Below the pieces are notes generated by a model. It was given only the letters and a program-made list of their open reading frames with translations, searched no databases and was not told the DNA's origin. Positions 28,901-51,522 of a DNA stretch of 64,000 nucleotides are shown piece after piece. Position numbers and translations under genes: made by a program. Positions within the stretch are counted from its first letter, which is position 1. Each line of letters begins with the position of its first letter. Origin of the DNA: Owenia fusiformis (lineage: Eukaryota). Location: NCBI GenBank assembly GCA_903813345.2, contig CAIIXF020000001.1, forward strand, positions 9,982,001-10,046,000. Direction: 5' to 3'.

Positions 28901-31723
28901 TTCAATGACCTTCTCAAGGTCAAAAAAGGTCAAAAAGGTCTGTATTCAACTTGCTTCAAATTGACTAAAAAAATTTTTCAAAATCATCTACGTGTTCTCA
29001 GAAATTCAAATCTGACTTTAGATTTGACTTAAGATTTGACATTTGACCTTCAATGACCTTCTCAAAGTCAAAAAAAGGTCAAAAAGGTCTTTTTTCAACT
29101 TGCTTCAAATTGACTAAAAAAATTTTTCAAAATCATCTACATGTTCTCAGAAATTCAAATCTGACTTTTGATTTGACATTTGACCTTCAATGACCTTCTC
29201 AATGTCAAAAAAGGTCAAAAAAGTTTTTTTTCATCTTGCTTCAAATTGACTAAATTTTTTTTTCAAAATCATCTACATGTTCTCAGAAATTCAAATATGA
29301 CTTTAGATTTGACTTTAGATTTGACATTTGACCTTCAATGACCTTCTCAAGGTCAAAAAAGGTCAAAAAGGTCTTTTTTCAACTTGCTTCAAATTGACTA
29401 ATTTTTTTTTTCAAAATCATCTACATGTTCTCAGAAATTCAAATCTGACTTAAGATTTGACATTTGACCTTCAATGACCTTCTCAAGGTCAAAAAGGTCT
29501 TTTTTCAACTTGCTTCAAATTGACTAAAAAAAGTTTTCAAAATCATCTACGTGTTCTCAGAAGTTCAAATCTGACTTTAGATTTGACTTAAGACTTGACA
29601 TTTGACCTTCAATGACCTAACTAGGTGGTGACATTTTGTCATGTTAATGCCTTGTTGTATTTGTCGTGAAGGGGAATATCTTGCTATAAAAATGTTTGTT
29701 TTGTCCATTGTGCATCCATGCGTGGCGAATGGTGAGCCTACACGGCCTAATGTGACAGCTCAATAGGCTCTTGAATATTTGAATGCATATTTAGTAAAAT
29801 GAATAACACCAACGCTGACAAGAAACATATGTATATGATAACTGTACTCATATCATTATGCATCATTTATTGGAAATATTGAACTTCCCTATGATGTCAT
29901 GACGACATTATTCAATATTCTAATTAATCATAATGGGATATTACAATAATTCTTATCACTTTTGGTTGTCATTAATGAATTTGCAACCAAACAATCTTCA
30001 ATTTGAATTTTGAGATAAGACTTCATCTTGATAAAACAAGATTCAGTTCTACCCTGAGGCCCAGTGGCAAATGAGTAATCATCACTAGATAAAACTCTCT
30101 TAAAGAAGCAAAATCACACAACTGTATTGAAAAGGGTGGCTATGATATTAGCTCAGTTTTCATTTAGAGGTGAGAGAAAAGATCTATCCCTCTGAGAGAA
30201 ACCTCTGATTCATGAATCTATTATATACTGGTACTAAATAATAATAATCCAATAATAACCTCTGAATTTGAACAAAATAAAAACTTATCATTTTTCTATA
30301 TTTCCTATACAAGAGAACAATATATACATATAATTAATATACGATCGATGTCTAATTTTTCCTGAATCATACTCTCTGATAATAAAACTGGTATGATAAC
30401 TGAATCACTACCTTTGTTCATTGGGGATGACTAATACTCTGCACCTTGATAACTGGATCGATGTTTTTCTAAATGTGTGATAAATAATTCCGATTTTCAC
30501 ACCGCATACAATAAAAAGCAAAATATGTTCTTATGTTTATTACAAAAAGTAACTAACAGTTACTTATCTAACACTTCAGATTGATTTTATATTTGTGTGG
30601 GAGTTCATAATTGCAAATAATGGAAAATAATAAGTGGGTAGAGGAAATTATTTGACCTTAAATTGAATATCCTGAAATGCTGTGAATAGTTGGCAACTAC
30701 TGTTGCTAATAAGGCACTTTCTCATCATAGCAGGATTTTCTCCTAAGAGGCTTGAATCAACCCCAGATGGACGTGACATGTTTTCCGAGTAAGCTACTCA
30801 GTATGAGCCATCCGCTGCGAAATTCTTTGATCATATATTTCAACATTAGACAATTTGTTTTGTTTAAAGAAGAAATTGCTGTTTTGAAACTGATCATCAT
30901 TTTTTTAGCTTGAGTGTAAATCTATATTTGTTAGGAATTGAAATGTTCAATTAGCCTAGGGATTTAGTATTCACTAAGGACTCATAAATTATATTCTATT
31001 CAGAGTTACAGAATTACTACACGAACTGCAACAATTTGTTCAGAGCATCAGTTGCTATAATTCCAGTACTCCATTGACAAGAAAAAACTATTGGAAATTT
31101 CCTTCTTCTTCTAAATAAATATTAAGCAAAAATATATAATGGACTTCATGTTTCATGAACTAATGATTTTAGATTCAATATACCATAATTCTGGATCAAT
31201 TTTTAGTTTAATGCTAAAATTAAAGTTCCGAAAATATTTTGAACTCTTATATACATCAGGGGTTTCGTTAACAGCAGGCAACAGGCAATTTTCACCAGTT
31301 GTTCTCACAAAATCGCCTGTTGTTTTTAGGGACTTTTCCATGTTAAATTTATGATTTCCATTAATTTTGGCTGTTGTTTTCATTTATTTAGCCTGTTGTG
31401 AGAAATTTTAGTGAAACCCCTGTACATGAGTGTATTTGTGCTGCGATGTTAGATCGCATAGACATTCTTAAACCTTAGATGTTGTCAAAAGGATTAGTTG
31501 AGATTAGTTGCTAAAACTGACATGTAGTTTCTTCAAAAATGCTGAAATTATGTTTGTTTTCTGGAATATGCAAATACATGCATCTAGGGAATATATACAT
31601 TGCATTTTATTACAAAATAAACTGTTTGCATAAAGCTTAACTCACTAAAATATTTTGACTCAAACTTTTACACAAAGATGCATAAATAATGTAAGATGAG
31701 AATTTCAACTTACCCTGAGCCAT
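16912..31723 (-). CDS. STMN: Stathmin family tubulin-sequestering protein, 236 aa; exons 31714-31723, 25577-25737, 25010-25201, 23109-23249, 21362-21502, 16912-16977
   Basis: Spliced product reads MAQESPRETTGGLSYEVILKPASAENTPRPISPPKEK...EEIERKHAEAEERK...MNEH|...LREH|...LKEH|ERHVMEVK. It carries the stathmin GLSYEVIL motif, S/T-P sites and repeated helical units. All junctions are GT-AG and phase-compatible. Confidence 0.92.
20168..20258. repeat. 23-bp minisatellite, ~4 copies
   Basis: AAAGCTTTGAATAATCTTGTAGT repeated in tandem. Confidence 0.9.
20359..20585. mobile_element. hAT-like MITE
   Basis: TAGGGCTCTCGCTAGG ... CCTGGTGAGAGCCCTG termini; ATACT on both flanks. A related end (CAGGGCTCTCACCAG) lies at ~37728. 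Confidence 0.55.
25318..25452 (+). mobile_element. Short array-less copy of the 11309 Helentron-like family
   Basis: AACAAGGCATTAACATGCAAAATGTCACCACC ... GGTGACATAAAAA. Confidence 0.65.
27430..27570 (-). CDS. STMN: Putative alternative cassette exon of stathmin encoding a Cys-rich N-terminal extension
   Basis: Polypyrimidine tract plus ACAG acceptor and AAG|GTATAA donor; 141 nt, phase 1-1, no stop codon. Translation: (V)GCHSTCILCIVCNWLSVYLCLRGPTKQLPDKIHPQLQLFDAVIVWK. Confidence 0.7.
28388..29657 (-). mobile_element. Inverted copy of the 11309 Helentron-like element with ~8 satellite monomers, in a stathmin intron
   Basis: Reverse-complement match to both ends (GTGGTGACATATTGTTATGGTCTCCG; GGTGACATTTTGTCATGTTAATGCCTTGTT) and to the ~135-bp monomer. 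Confidence 0.85.
31257..31422. mobile_element. MITE with CAG...CTG ends and 5-bp TSD
   Basis: TACAT-CAGGGGTTTCGTTAA ... TTAGTGAAACCCCTG-TACAT. Confidence 0.75.
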
Positions 31724-33155
31724 ATTGTTTGTAGGTAGAAAATAAAGGCACTAGGTATCACACCACGTCAACAAACCTGAAATTGAAAATAAAGCTCTAT
31801 AGAAATATTCTACCGAATTTTGACGTTAACGGTTCAGAATCTTGTTCTCAATACAGCTGACTGAAGATCAATGGTATTGTAATGTTCTTCAATAGACTAC
31901 TATTGTCCACAACTGGCACGTATCCAGCCAAGTTCAAACACCAAAATCCAATAAAATTTAGCCAATAATATTGAAATTCTTGCAGAAGCCTTCTCAAATC
32001 TTCTCAATCCAACCTGGACATTTCATATATCCTTCTCACTTTTCAAAATAACATAAGCACACTTACATTGAACAGATGCCAAGTATTTTTACGACCAAGT
32101 AAATATACAGATAAAAACAAACTGAAATGCGATACCTGATGGTAGTAATGTAGCTTAGTCCTTGAAAGCAGTAAACACTTTTATGACTTAACTGATGTAA
32201 ATAACAACAATTAAGTCAGATTAATCAATAATCCAAAATAAAACTCATGTATCCTATCCTTATTTATTCCTTTTAATCTAAAATTGAGAATTGTCAAAAT
32301 GTTTCACTTTCAATGATTCAAGAAATCTGTATAAAACTGAGTGAAGACCTCTGGATCAATTATTTTCCGAGCTCATCAGCCGCATAATGTGGTGACTAAG
32401 TGTACGACCTGATCAGAGCAATCCCTGCATGCCAAATAGATTTATCTATTGCATTGAATATTCCTAATCCATTGTATGATGCTTAAAGGCATTGCAGATA
32501 GAACTGTAGCAGAAACACATCAAGTTCACATAGACCCAAGACTCAAATGAGGTGATAAAAATTCTACAAACCAGACAGTATGTCGCCAAATCTATCCCTC
32601 CCTCGCTCTCTTTCGATACAGTGCCAGTCTAGACGAGTAATCTAATGCTAAAACAATGCATAATTTTTGCAAACTTATTTCTAGCCAAGCAATATCTGTG
32701 AGGGAACCGTGAGGAATCGAGAAAAGGCCACTGATAAAGTCCAGGATTATAATTTATCAAACAATTGTTGCAATATTCAGTTTCTACAATCTGTAATTAT
32801 GGCCAAACAATTTTTGATATAAAGCATCCACAATTATGATGGGACTACCTCTAATAATAAGACATGCCATACGCCTGCTTAAATTAGCATGTGGAAAACA
32901 GATATGTTAAACTAAAAATCAATAGTCGACAGAAAGCTATGCTCTGATAGGAAATTCACCAGACGAGATCAATAAGGTGTAATGACACATCTGTAGAATA
33001 CATGTGCTTAAAAGAGGAGGCGGAGAAACGCCATAGTTCAAAGTTGAAGTCATAATAACCTCTCTTACGAATCACCTTTATTTGCACAAAATTTCTACCA
33101 CCTAGTTCTTGAAGACCACACCTCAATGTGACGTTTTAATCGATGTAAGCATATA

Positions 33156-33542
33156 CAGGGTGTCCAAAAGAAAACAGGACCGTAGAAAAGTCAATCCTGC
33201 ATATTCTGTCTGAAATTTCAGAATTGTTTAGTTTATTCAATGAGAATTTTGCTGTGAAAGTTTGATAAAAATCTGCCCATTGAGTCAAAATTTACAGAAC
33301 CTTAAAACATGCTACAAGTACATACCTATTCTCTCTCCATTGACTTCTGTAGAAAGAGGAGAGATGCCCACTGGGAGCATGTTTTGTAAGGTATTGTAGT
33401 TTTTGACTCAATAGGCAGATTATCATCAAACTTCCACAACAAGTAACATTGCATGGACTAAAAAATTCTGAAATTTCAAGGCAGAAAGTGTAAGATTGAC
33501 AGAGTATATTAACTTTACTCGGTCCTGTTTTTGGACACCCTG
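33156..33542. mobile_element. Tc1/mariner-type MITE
   Basis: TA-CAGGGTGTCCAAAA ... TTTTGGACACCCTG-TA, with a largely palindromic interior. Confidence 0.85.
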
Positions 33543-33971
33543 TACCTTACACCTTTCTTTATCTTGACGTGAAATAATCAGAGGTTATGTCACTACACTA
33601 TCGTTGCATATATGCCCGAGATTTTCATTGATATATGGCCCGACCTTGGGAGGGACATTGATCACTGAGAACCGAGTGATGCCGACTGGTCAGAGGTCAG
33701 AGAACTGTTTTCTTATCTAATTGACTAGCAATGGTTCAGAAATAATGATTTATTCTCATGTTTGTACATTCTTACAAATGTACGAGTCATTTTGACTGAA
33801 TGACGTAATGTATTACTACGCGAATACTGACCAATCAACTGGAGATAAAACTAACCGATCAACTGAAGATAACCTAATTGAGCAATTTTTCTAAGCACAC
33901 AACTTTACCAAATTTGTTCATCTAGTGCATCATCATCAAAAATTGCATAAATTCATCGAAATCGTAGAAAC

Positions 33972-33987
33972 CTCCGGCGAAATCCAT
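33972..33987 (-). CDS. STMN: Candidate distal first coding exon of stathmin (MDFAG, phase 1)
   Basis: AAAAAATGGATTTCGCCGGAG|GT immediately downstream of a motif-rich promoter; its phase matches the acceptors at 27570 and 25737. The GTTTCT donor is weak. Confidence 0.5.
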
Positions 33988-34004
33988 TTTTTTGTTTATG
34001 ATTT

Positions 34005-34060
34005 CGGCAGGAAAAGCACCCGGATGTTGGGAAAGTAGTCCCAGCGCTTGACCAATCAGA
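34005..34060 (-). promoter_or_regulatory. Stathmin distal promoter: ZNF143/Staf-THAP11-type site, ETS-like site, CCAAT box, pyrimidine-rich initiator
   Basis: Minus strand reads GGGACTACTTTCCCAACATCCGGGTGCTTTTCC; GACCAATCAG at ~34050. Confidence 0.6.
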
Positions 34061-34904
34061 GAGTTACCAGGCGCGGGCTTTTCAAAAGTTATATTGGCCC
34101 GCTGTCTAGTGTACAGTTTACACTATACAGTGGCGTAGGAACAATGTACGCCAAAACGCCAGTGCGTAGTGTTGAAAAGTGAGAATAAAAAGGCTTATAA
34201 TTTACCTATGTTCTTTATTCATATTTTCTCGAGCACACTAGCCTAAAGAAATGTTTGTGGATACCATATGATATGCTCGATTTTTTAATAGTACTCTTTT
34301 GCATGTTTTTGTGCCTCTGTTATTTTTCTAACCTTGGCCACAGATAAATGACACTTTTTGAAAAATAAAATATTGAAAGTTAATACCTTGTTTCTACAAT
34401 TCTAATACTGTAGAAAATGCAAAGTAATCATTATTGCTCTGTTTGGCAAATAATCAATTAACAGATTGAATTCTCTTACCAACATGCTTTATTTCATGAA
34501 AATCGAGTCACTATTGACTGACTATCTTATGGATTTTAAAACTAAAATAAAATTTGATTCTCGTTCTCTTCACGAGAGAAAAACAGTTTTTTATCAAAAA
34601 CTACTTGATGAATACCTTTGCAATTGTTTGCGCATGTTCCGTAATGCTTATGCAAACTGTGGTATCGTTTAATTATAATGATGAACCTCTTTAAATTAGA
34701 TTTATTTTTTTTATTCTCCCCTACCCCCAATTTTTCAATTTCACTATATCGATTTATATTCCTTTGCTAGGCAAAATCATAGACAGAAATTATAGTTAAG
34801 TCAGCAATTATCTATTTTCTTACTAAATCACCGATTGTTATTGGTAGTACTTCTTGAAATATGATTGTTAAAGACAAAAATAACTTGAAAATGTTGATTA
34901 TTCA

Positions 34905-36283
34905 ATTTTTTTATTTTTTTTTATTTAGATTTTATTTATTCAGGGATATCTAATAAGAAATACATATGTTTTCTTGTTTCCATTAGAACCCTGCAGACAC
35001 ACATACACACTACATTTAACAATAAAATATGTGACAATACATATCATAAAATTAGAAATTTGTAAAAACAGTACATTAATATGTGTAAAAATACTATATG
35101 ACTAGTCGATAAAAATAAGCATTAAAAGTAATTGTCACACTTGACATTTGAGCATATTAAGACATGTAAAATTACAATTATTCACTAATTGAAGCAAGGA
35201 ATTGCTTTTTTAGATGAACTTTAAAAGATTGCACTGAGGCAGATTCCTTTAAATCTAAAGGTGCCTTGTTCCAGAGAACAGATGCTCTGTGACTAAAAGT
35301 TTGTGTGCCTGCATTATTACAATTTTGTTTAATAAAAATACATTTGTTAGTTGTAGCACGAGTACCATAGTTGTGAGTGTCCTTAGTTAAGGTAAAACTG
35401 TCCTGCATATAAGTGGGAACCAGTCCATTCACTACCTTATACATTAGTGTCAGGTTGTGCATGTCCTGCCTCTCTCTTATGGATGGCCACTTCAGAGTAT
35501 TTCTAACATCCTGGGATGGGGTACGTGGGGCACATTTAACTATCAATCTACCAGCACGGTTTTGGAATCTCTGAACTTTATCTAAGAGTTGTGAGCTGCA
35601 TCCAGAGATGACAGCATCACCATAATCAAAAATGGGTGTGATGGTAGATTGGATTAAAAGTTTGGTTGTATTGAGGGTAAGAGAATCTCTCACTCTCCCA
35701 ATGACCCCTAACCTTTGTGACAATTTTGTACAAGTTTTGGTTATATGTGTTTTCCAAGTGAGTGTTGGATCAAACCACAAACCAAGATATTTGAAAGCGT
35801 CGACTTGTTCAATTTTTTCTCCATTTATGACTATGTCGTCACCTTCATCTACCTTTGACAGTTTCTGGGATGACCCATACACCATGAATTTAGTCTTCTT
35901 GACATTTAATGTTAATTTATTTGAGCACAGCCATTTGTGTACCACATTCATATCAGCTGTTAACTTTGCTTTAATAGAGTGAATATCTTTGGCTTGGTAA
36001 AATATGGCAGTGTCATCTGCATAGAGAGTGACTTTGGAGTCTTTAATTTGATTTTGGATGTCGTTTATGTAGAGAATAAAAAGCAGAGGCCCGAGTACAG
36101 AGCCCTGAGGTACTCCATACTCGACTGGTAATGAAGATGACACTTTGCCATTTATACTTACACATTGACTTCGACCAATGAGATAACTGCTGAACCAAGA
36201 CAATTCTTTGTCTCTGACACCGATGTTTTGCATTTTCATGAGCATTAGGTTTACATCGACGGTGTCAAAGGCTTTTTTCAAAT
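34905..36283 (-). mobile_element. 5'-truncated non-LTR retrotransposon (CR1/L2 group) with an uninterrupted RT C-terminal ORF, 3'UTR and A-rich tail
   Basis: ORF 35178-36296 contains LKKAFDTVD, GVPQGSVLGPLLF, YADD and YLG; AATAAATAAAA/A-rich tail at ~34905-34940. Confidence 0.92.
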
Positions 36284-38463
36284 ACACGCGTTCCATTGAT
36301 TTCAGTTCTAGAAAAGCTATTACCTAGATTTGTATTTCATTTGAAAGATAATAGATTATTGTTTTTATGAAATATAACATTTTTGGCACCCCCTAAGTCA
36401 CGCTGACCTCGATTTGACCTTTGTGGTGGGAGGTTTATTTGGTCTTGCGAACTAGTGTTATAAAAAAGGTTGCAGACATTAGGATTAATTGTATCATTGA
36501 TCACGAATGCGTTTCTTTAAATCAATTGATCAAGCTAGATTCTTTAATCTGTACGTGTCGTATTGCACGGTACTATACACGATGGAATCAGACAATAATA
36601 TATATCTCAATTCAATTATTCGAAAATGATTAAAAATCTCTCAGTTATTTGGAAATCGATCGTCTTTATCGTTCGAGACATAAGAAAAGTGAGGATGATT
36701 TGTGTCGAGATTTAAAAGATCGGCTTTCCATGGTGATTTTAAATGATAAAAATCATTCGAACATTTTAAGCACATTAAAAAGGGTATCAGGGATATTAAG
36801 CTTGCATATAAAATCGAAACGCCAACCTGTATGTATTACCAATCGCCCATACAAATACATCGCTTAACTATTTCCGTTCACATTTAGGTTGTGAAATCAT
36901 TGCAAGCTTAAAATCTTTATTGCCATAAAATGACAATAAAATGGGCGTTTTGATAAAGAAGATTTGACACAATTGTTTCATATTTTTGGCGGGATTTTTT
37001 GGCGTAGTGTTGAATTTACACCTTCCTACACACCCTGCTATACATCATCATAGGTATGTTATAACAAACTATATTATTGCAATACGCCAGAAATTAATAC
37101 AGCGATCAAAAGACTCACTCGTCGGCCTGTCAAGACGAGTTTGATTTTTTTCTGACAGGTTTTCAAGAATGTGGGTTGTTGATCTCGACGGGCGTGTCTA
37201 GAACAAAGCACAGAAATTGCGGTGACCATAGTATCAATACTTACTTGAACTATCCCAAAATTTAACTCAATAAACCACTCTAACTCCAGTTCTTATTCAT
37301 TTTATTCACCGACCTTTTTACATTTTTGTTGTTGTTTCGGGCCTCTATTTTAAAGAGCGATTGCAGACCCATTCGGGAGTCAATTGCTTCACAGGCAATC
37401 TGCGCCAGGTTCCTTTTTTGGTCCAGAATTTAGCTCAATTGCGCATAAGATTGAATAATTTAATTGGTTCAGATTTCGAACATGCATGGGCACCAGTTAA
37501 TTATTTTAACTAGAACCTGTTGCAGATTGCCCCCATTCAGCATTTCAGTTCAAGTTTGAGATGGTGCGAAATCAAAAGTTTTCTCAATATTGGCGGAATA
37601 TTTTTTCAACAGGCGTTTGGCAATTTCAGCAGGCTGGATTCTTTTCAATAATTCGCCGCTCATGTTCTACTTCGCTCGTGTTCTACTTCGCTCGCGCTCT
37701 ACTTCTACTGACTCGATTTTTATACATCAGGGCTCTCACCAGAAAAAAATTAGGGTGTGGTGCTTGATACTGCGAATACGCCATCCGAAGCATGAGTGAA
37801 GCGAAATTGCGAGTGGAGCGAGCCTAAGCTACTAAAAATATTTTGTAACTATATTCACTTGCAAAAGTTATTAATTCATGCATAATTTGTGCACGATATT
37901 AGAAATATGCATTATACCTTCTTCCATTGAATCACTGCAAACGTTTCTGATTCTGAATTATAACCTGCTGGATTGACAGGCCATACTTTTTGACTTCCTG
38001 TTAATTATTTTTGTGCAGAAGCGGTACCTCACGTTCAATACAAATATGGCTGTCAGGTAGAAGAAATTTGTTGATAAATCATGATTTACACGATACTAGC
38101 GTGAATTTTCAACAATTTAGGCTGTGGTTACTACAGTTTAGACTGTGGTTACTACCTTCTATGGTGGATAGGTTGTGGCGGCACTCAATTAGAGTGTGGC
38201 GCCCCGCTCCATTAAATATACGCTCGCTTATTTTATTCTTTTATCAACAGACGCTTTCTTGGATATGTGGCTTTAGTGATTGGAGTTGAAGCTAACAACA
38301 GTACGCATCATTTGAGGTATGACATGTGATATTTATTGAAAAACTGACTCCAAAATCAAGGAAAAATAAACTTTCCCAAGATCGCGTGTCTTGTCCTTGA
38401 ATATATTTATTGAGCCTAGACACAGAGGAGATAATCTGGCAGAGGTCCGTGGGGGCACATAGC

Positions 38464-39297
38464 CACGCCCGGTGATCGTAGAATTGGGACGGAGGGGGGG
38501 AGCAGGCAATTTCTGGTAGAACTTTCAACAAATCTGGAAGATTTATTTTTTAAAGAAGAAGTTTACTATTGAATTGCTAAATAAATAGGCTCACGGTATT
38601 GTAAAATATGTTAGGTATTCTAGGATTTTTTTTCAACCGATACTCTTTTAGGGTATAAGATCTATTAAAAAAGGCGCAACGCACCAACGTGCAAAAGTCA
38701 ATGTTGTTGCTATAAATGAAGCAAGAATGGTGTACATGACCTGTAATAAATACTTGTAAGTGACATTATCGTCACAAAATTAATGTTATTGCTGACTTTG
38801 TAAAATAAGTTTCCATAGGTGAAATAAAAAAATAATCGAAAATAATTTTGGGACGGAGGGGGGGAGCAATATGTATTAAGGCATGATACATATTGCTCCC
38901 CCCCTCCGTCCCAAAATTATTTTCGATTATTTTTTATTTCACCTATGGAAACTTATTTTACAAAGTCAGCAATAACATTAATTTTGTGACGATAATGTCA
39001 CTTACAAGTATTTATTACAGGTCATGTACACCATTGTTGCTTCATTTATAGCAACAACATTGACTTTTGCACGTTGGTGCGTTGCGCCTTTTTTAATAGA
39101 TCTCATATCTTAGATGCCTATCGTTTCAGAAAAAATCCCAGAAGACCTAACATATTTTACCATACCGTGCGCCTATCAATTCAGCAATTCAATAGTAAAC
39201 TTTTTCTTGAAAAAATAAATCTCTCAGATTTCTTGAATTTTCTTGCAGAAATTGCCTGCTCCCCCCCTCCGTCCCATTTTCACGATCACCGGGCGTG
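38464..39297. mobile_element. 834-bp foldback (fully palindromic) non-autonomous DNA transposon with Transib-like ends
   Basis: ATAGC-CACGCCCGGTGATCGT ... ACGATCACCGGGCGTG-ATAGC; ~410-bp arms meeting near 38880. Confidence 0.85.
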
Positions 39298-39554
39298 ATA
39301 GCGAACGCTCCTGCTTGACATTTGACATCTTTCAGATCTCCCTGAATTTTAAATGAGCGCGGGTTTTTGCTAAATTCTATAATGATCCATAATGCGATGC
39401 ACAACGCACAAAACTGACTGACAATCAGTAGGAACTTATAAAATAAATCAATTGTTACTTAGACTATGTAAAAAGTTAAAAGTGAAGTTTTGGTTTTGCA
39501 GGAAAAGGACAAATAATGTATAAAATTTTACCTTCTTTTGTCGGACAAGAAGCA

Positions 39555-39837
39555 GAAATCACGTGATTTAATCCCTTACGTTGATTGGCTGAAAATTAGG
39601 CGGACAAATTTGAAAAATAGTTTCCGATCGGTATTTCATCGGTGAATCAGATCATTAGAACTATTTTACAGCTTTTAATTAACGGTTGGATTTGAAAATA
39701 TAAAAGTACCGATGTATCGATGGTTCTAATTTCAGTTATTGTGAAAAAATGAAATACTAAAATATCCCGAGAAAAAAATTTAGCTCAGTAAATAAGAAAA
39801 CCCGGATGTTGCAGAAGAACTTACGAAATTTTTTTGA
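39555..39837 (+). promoter_or_regulatory. SELENOO promoter region
   Basis: Palindromic E-box AAATCACGTGATTT (~39556), reverse CCAAT GATTGGCTG (~39583) and ETS-like CCCGGATGT (39801) upstream of the ATG. Confidence 0.5.
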
Positions 39838-50785
<10,948 letters not shown>

Positions 50786-51186
50786 ACCTTCCTCTGAACA
50801 TGGGCCTAGTGTAACGTATGACATCTTATGAGGACTTTTCAATATGAATTTGCACTATTGCAATCAGTATACTTGGGAAGGTTTTCCTTGTTTGATACTA
50901 TCTAAACAGTACTTGAACTATATATAGCTGTACATTCTTACGTTGCAAAGTTTACACTAAGCGCACAAGCTGACTGGTTGCAGTCCATATACAGTATTTT
51001 ATATATTTCATACATGGATTTTATTAATATAATTATGGAACATATGTATGTATAGCTATATACAGTATAGTACAACATTACATAAAGTATGCAAAGAGCT
51101 ACAATGTGATAAAGAGACATACCCAGGCCAAAAAGAGGGAGTTTATAATTTCAGAGATTGAAAGTCTAGATGTAACATATTTCATG

Positions 51187-51249
51187 TTATATCTGTATGA
51201 CGACTTTTTTCAAAACCTTCTGGTGAAATTAGTCTGACGGGACTGTAAG
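51187..51249 (+). promoter_or_regulatory. SECIS element (type II) in the SELENOO 3'UTR
   Basis: AUGAC (51197) / UGAC (51235) core; helix II GACUUUUUUC:GAAAUUAGUC; unpaired AAA; mini-stem ACC-UUCU-GGU; helix I UUAUAUCU:GGACUGUAA. Confidence 0.9.
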
Positions 51250-51522
51250 TCTTTCTGAAGGATGTAGAATCATGTACATTTGTAATAGAATTGAAATTGA
51301 CATGAATATTAATAATACATGCAATATAATGTATAACTGAGCTGATATATTTCTTTTTACTGTTTAAATTAAAATCGCATAGAAAAACTTTTAATTCTAA
51401 AAAATATTTTGAACTCGAAATACAGTAGGTCTCGTGACATCCATCATTTTTCTCAAACTCATTTATCAGTGCGATGAAGGCAAGTTTTATATGATTGAAT
51501 TTCATAGACAATAACTGAAAGT

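Noticed and set aside
35632-35982. 116-aa plus-strand ORF
   Set aside because: Antisense shadow of the LINE reverse transcriptase ORF.
50815-50905. Alternative SECIS directly after the SELENOO stop
   Set aside because: It has ATGA motifs and some pairing but no properly placed 3' GA to form the kink-turn core; the 51197 element fits far better.
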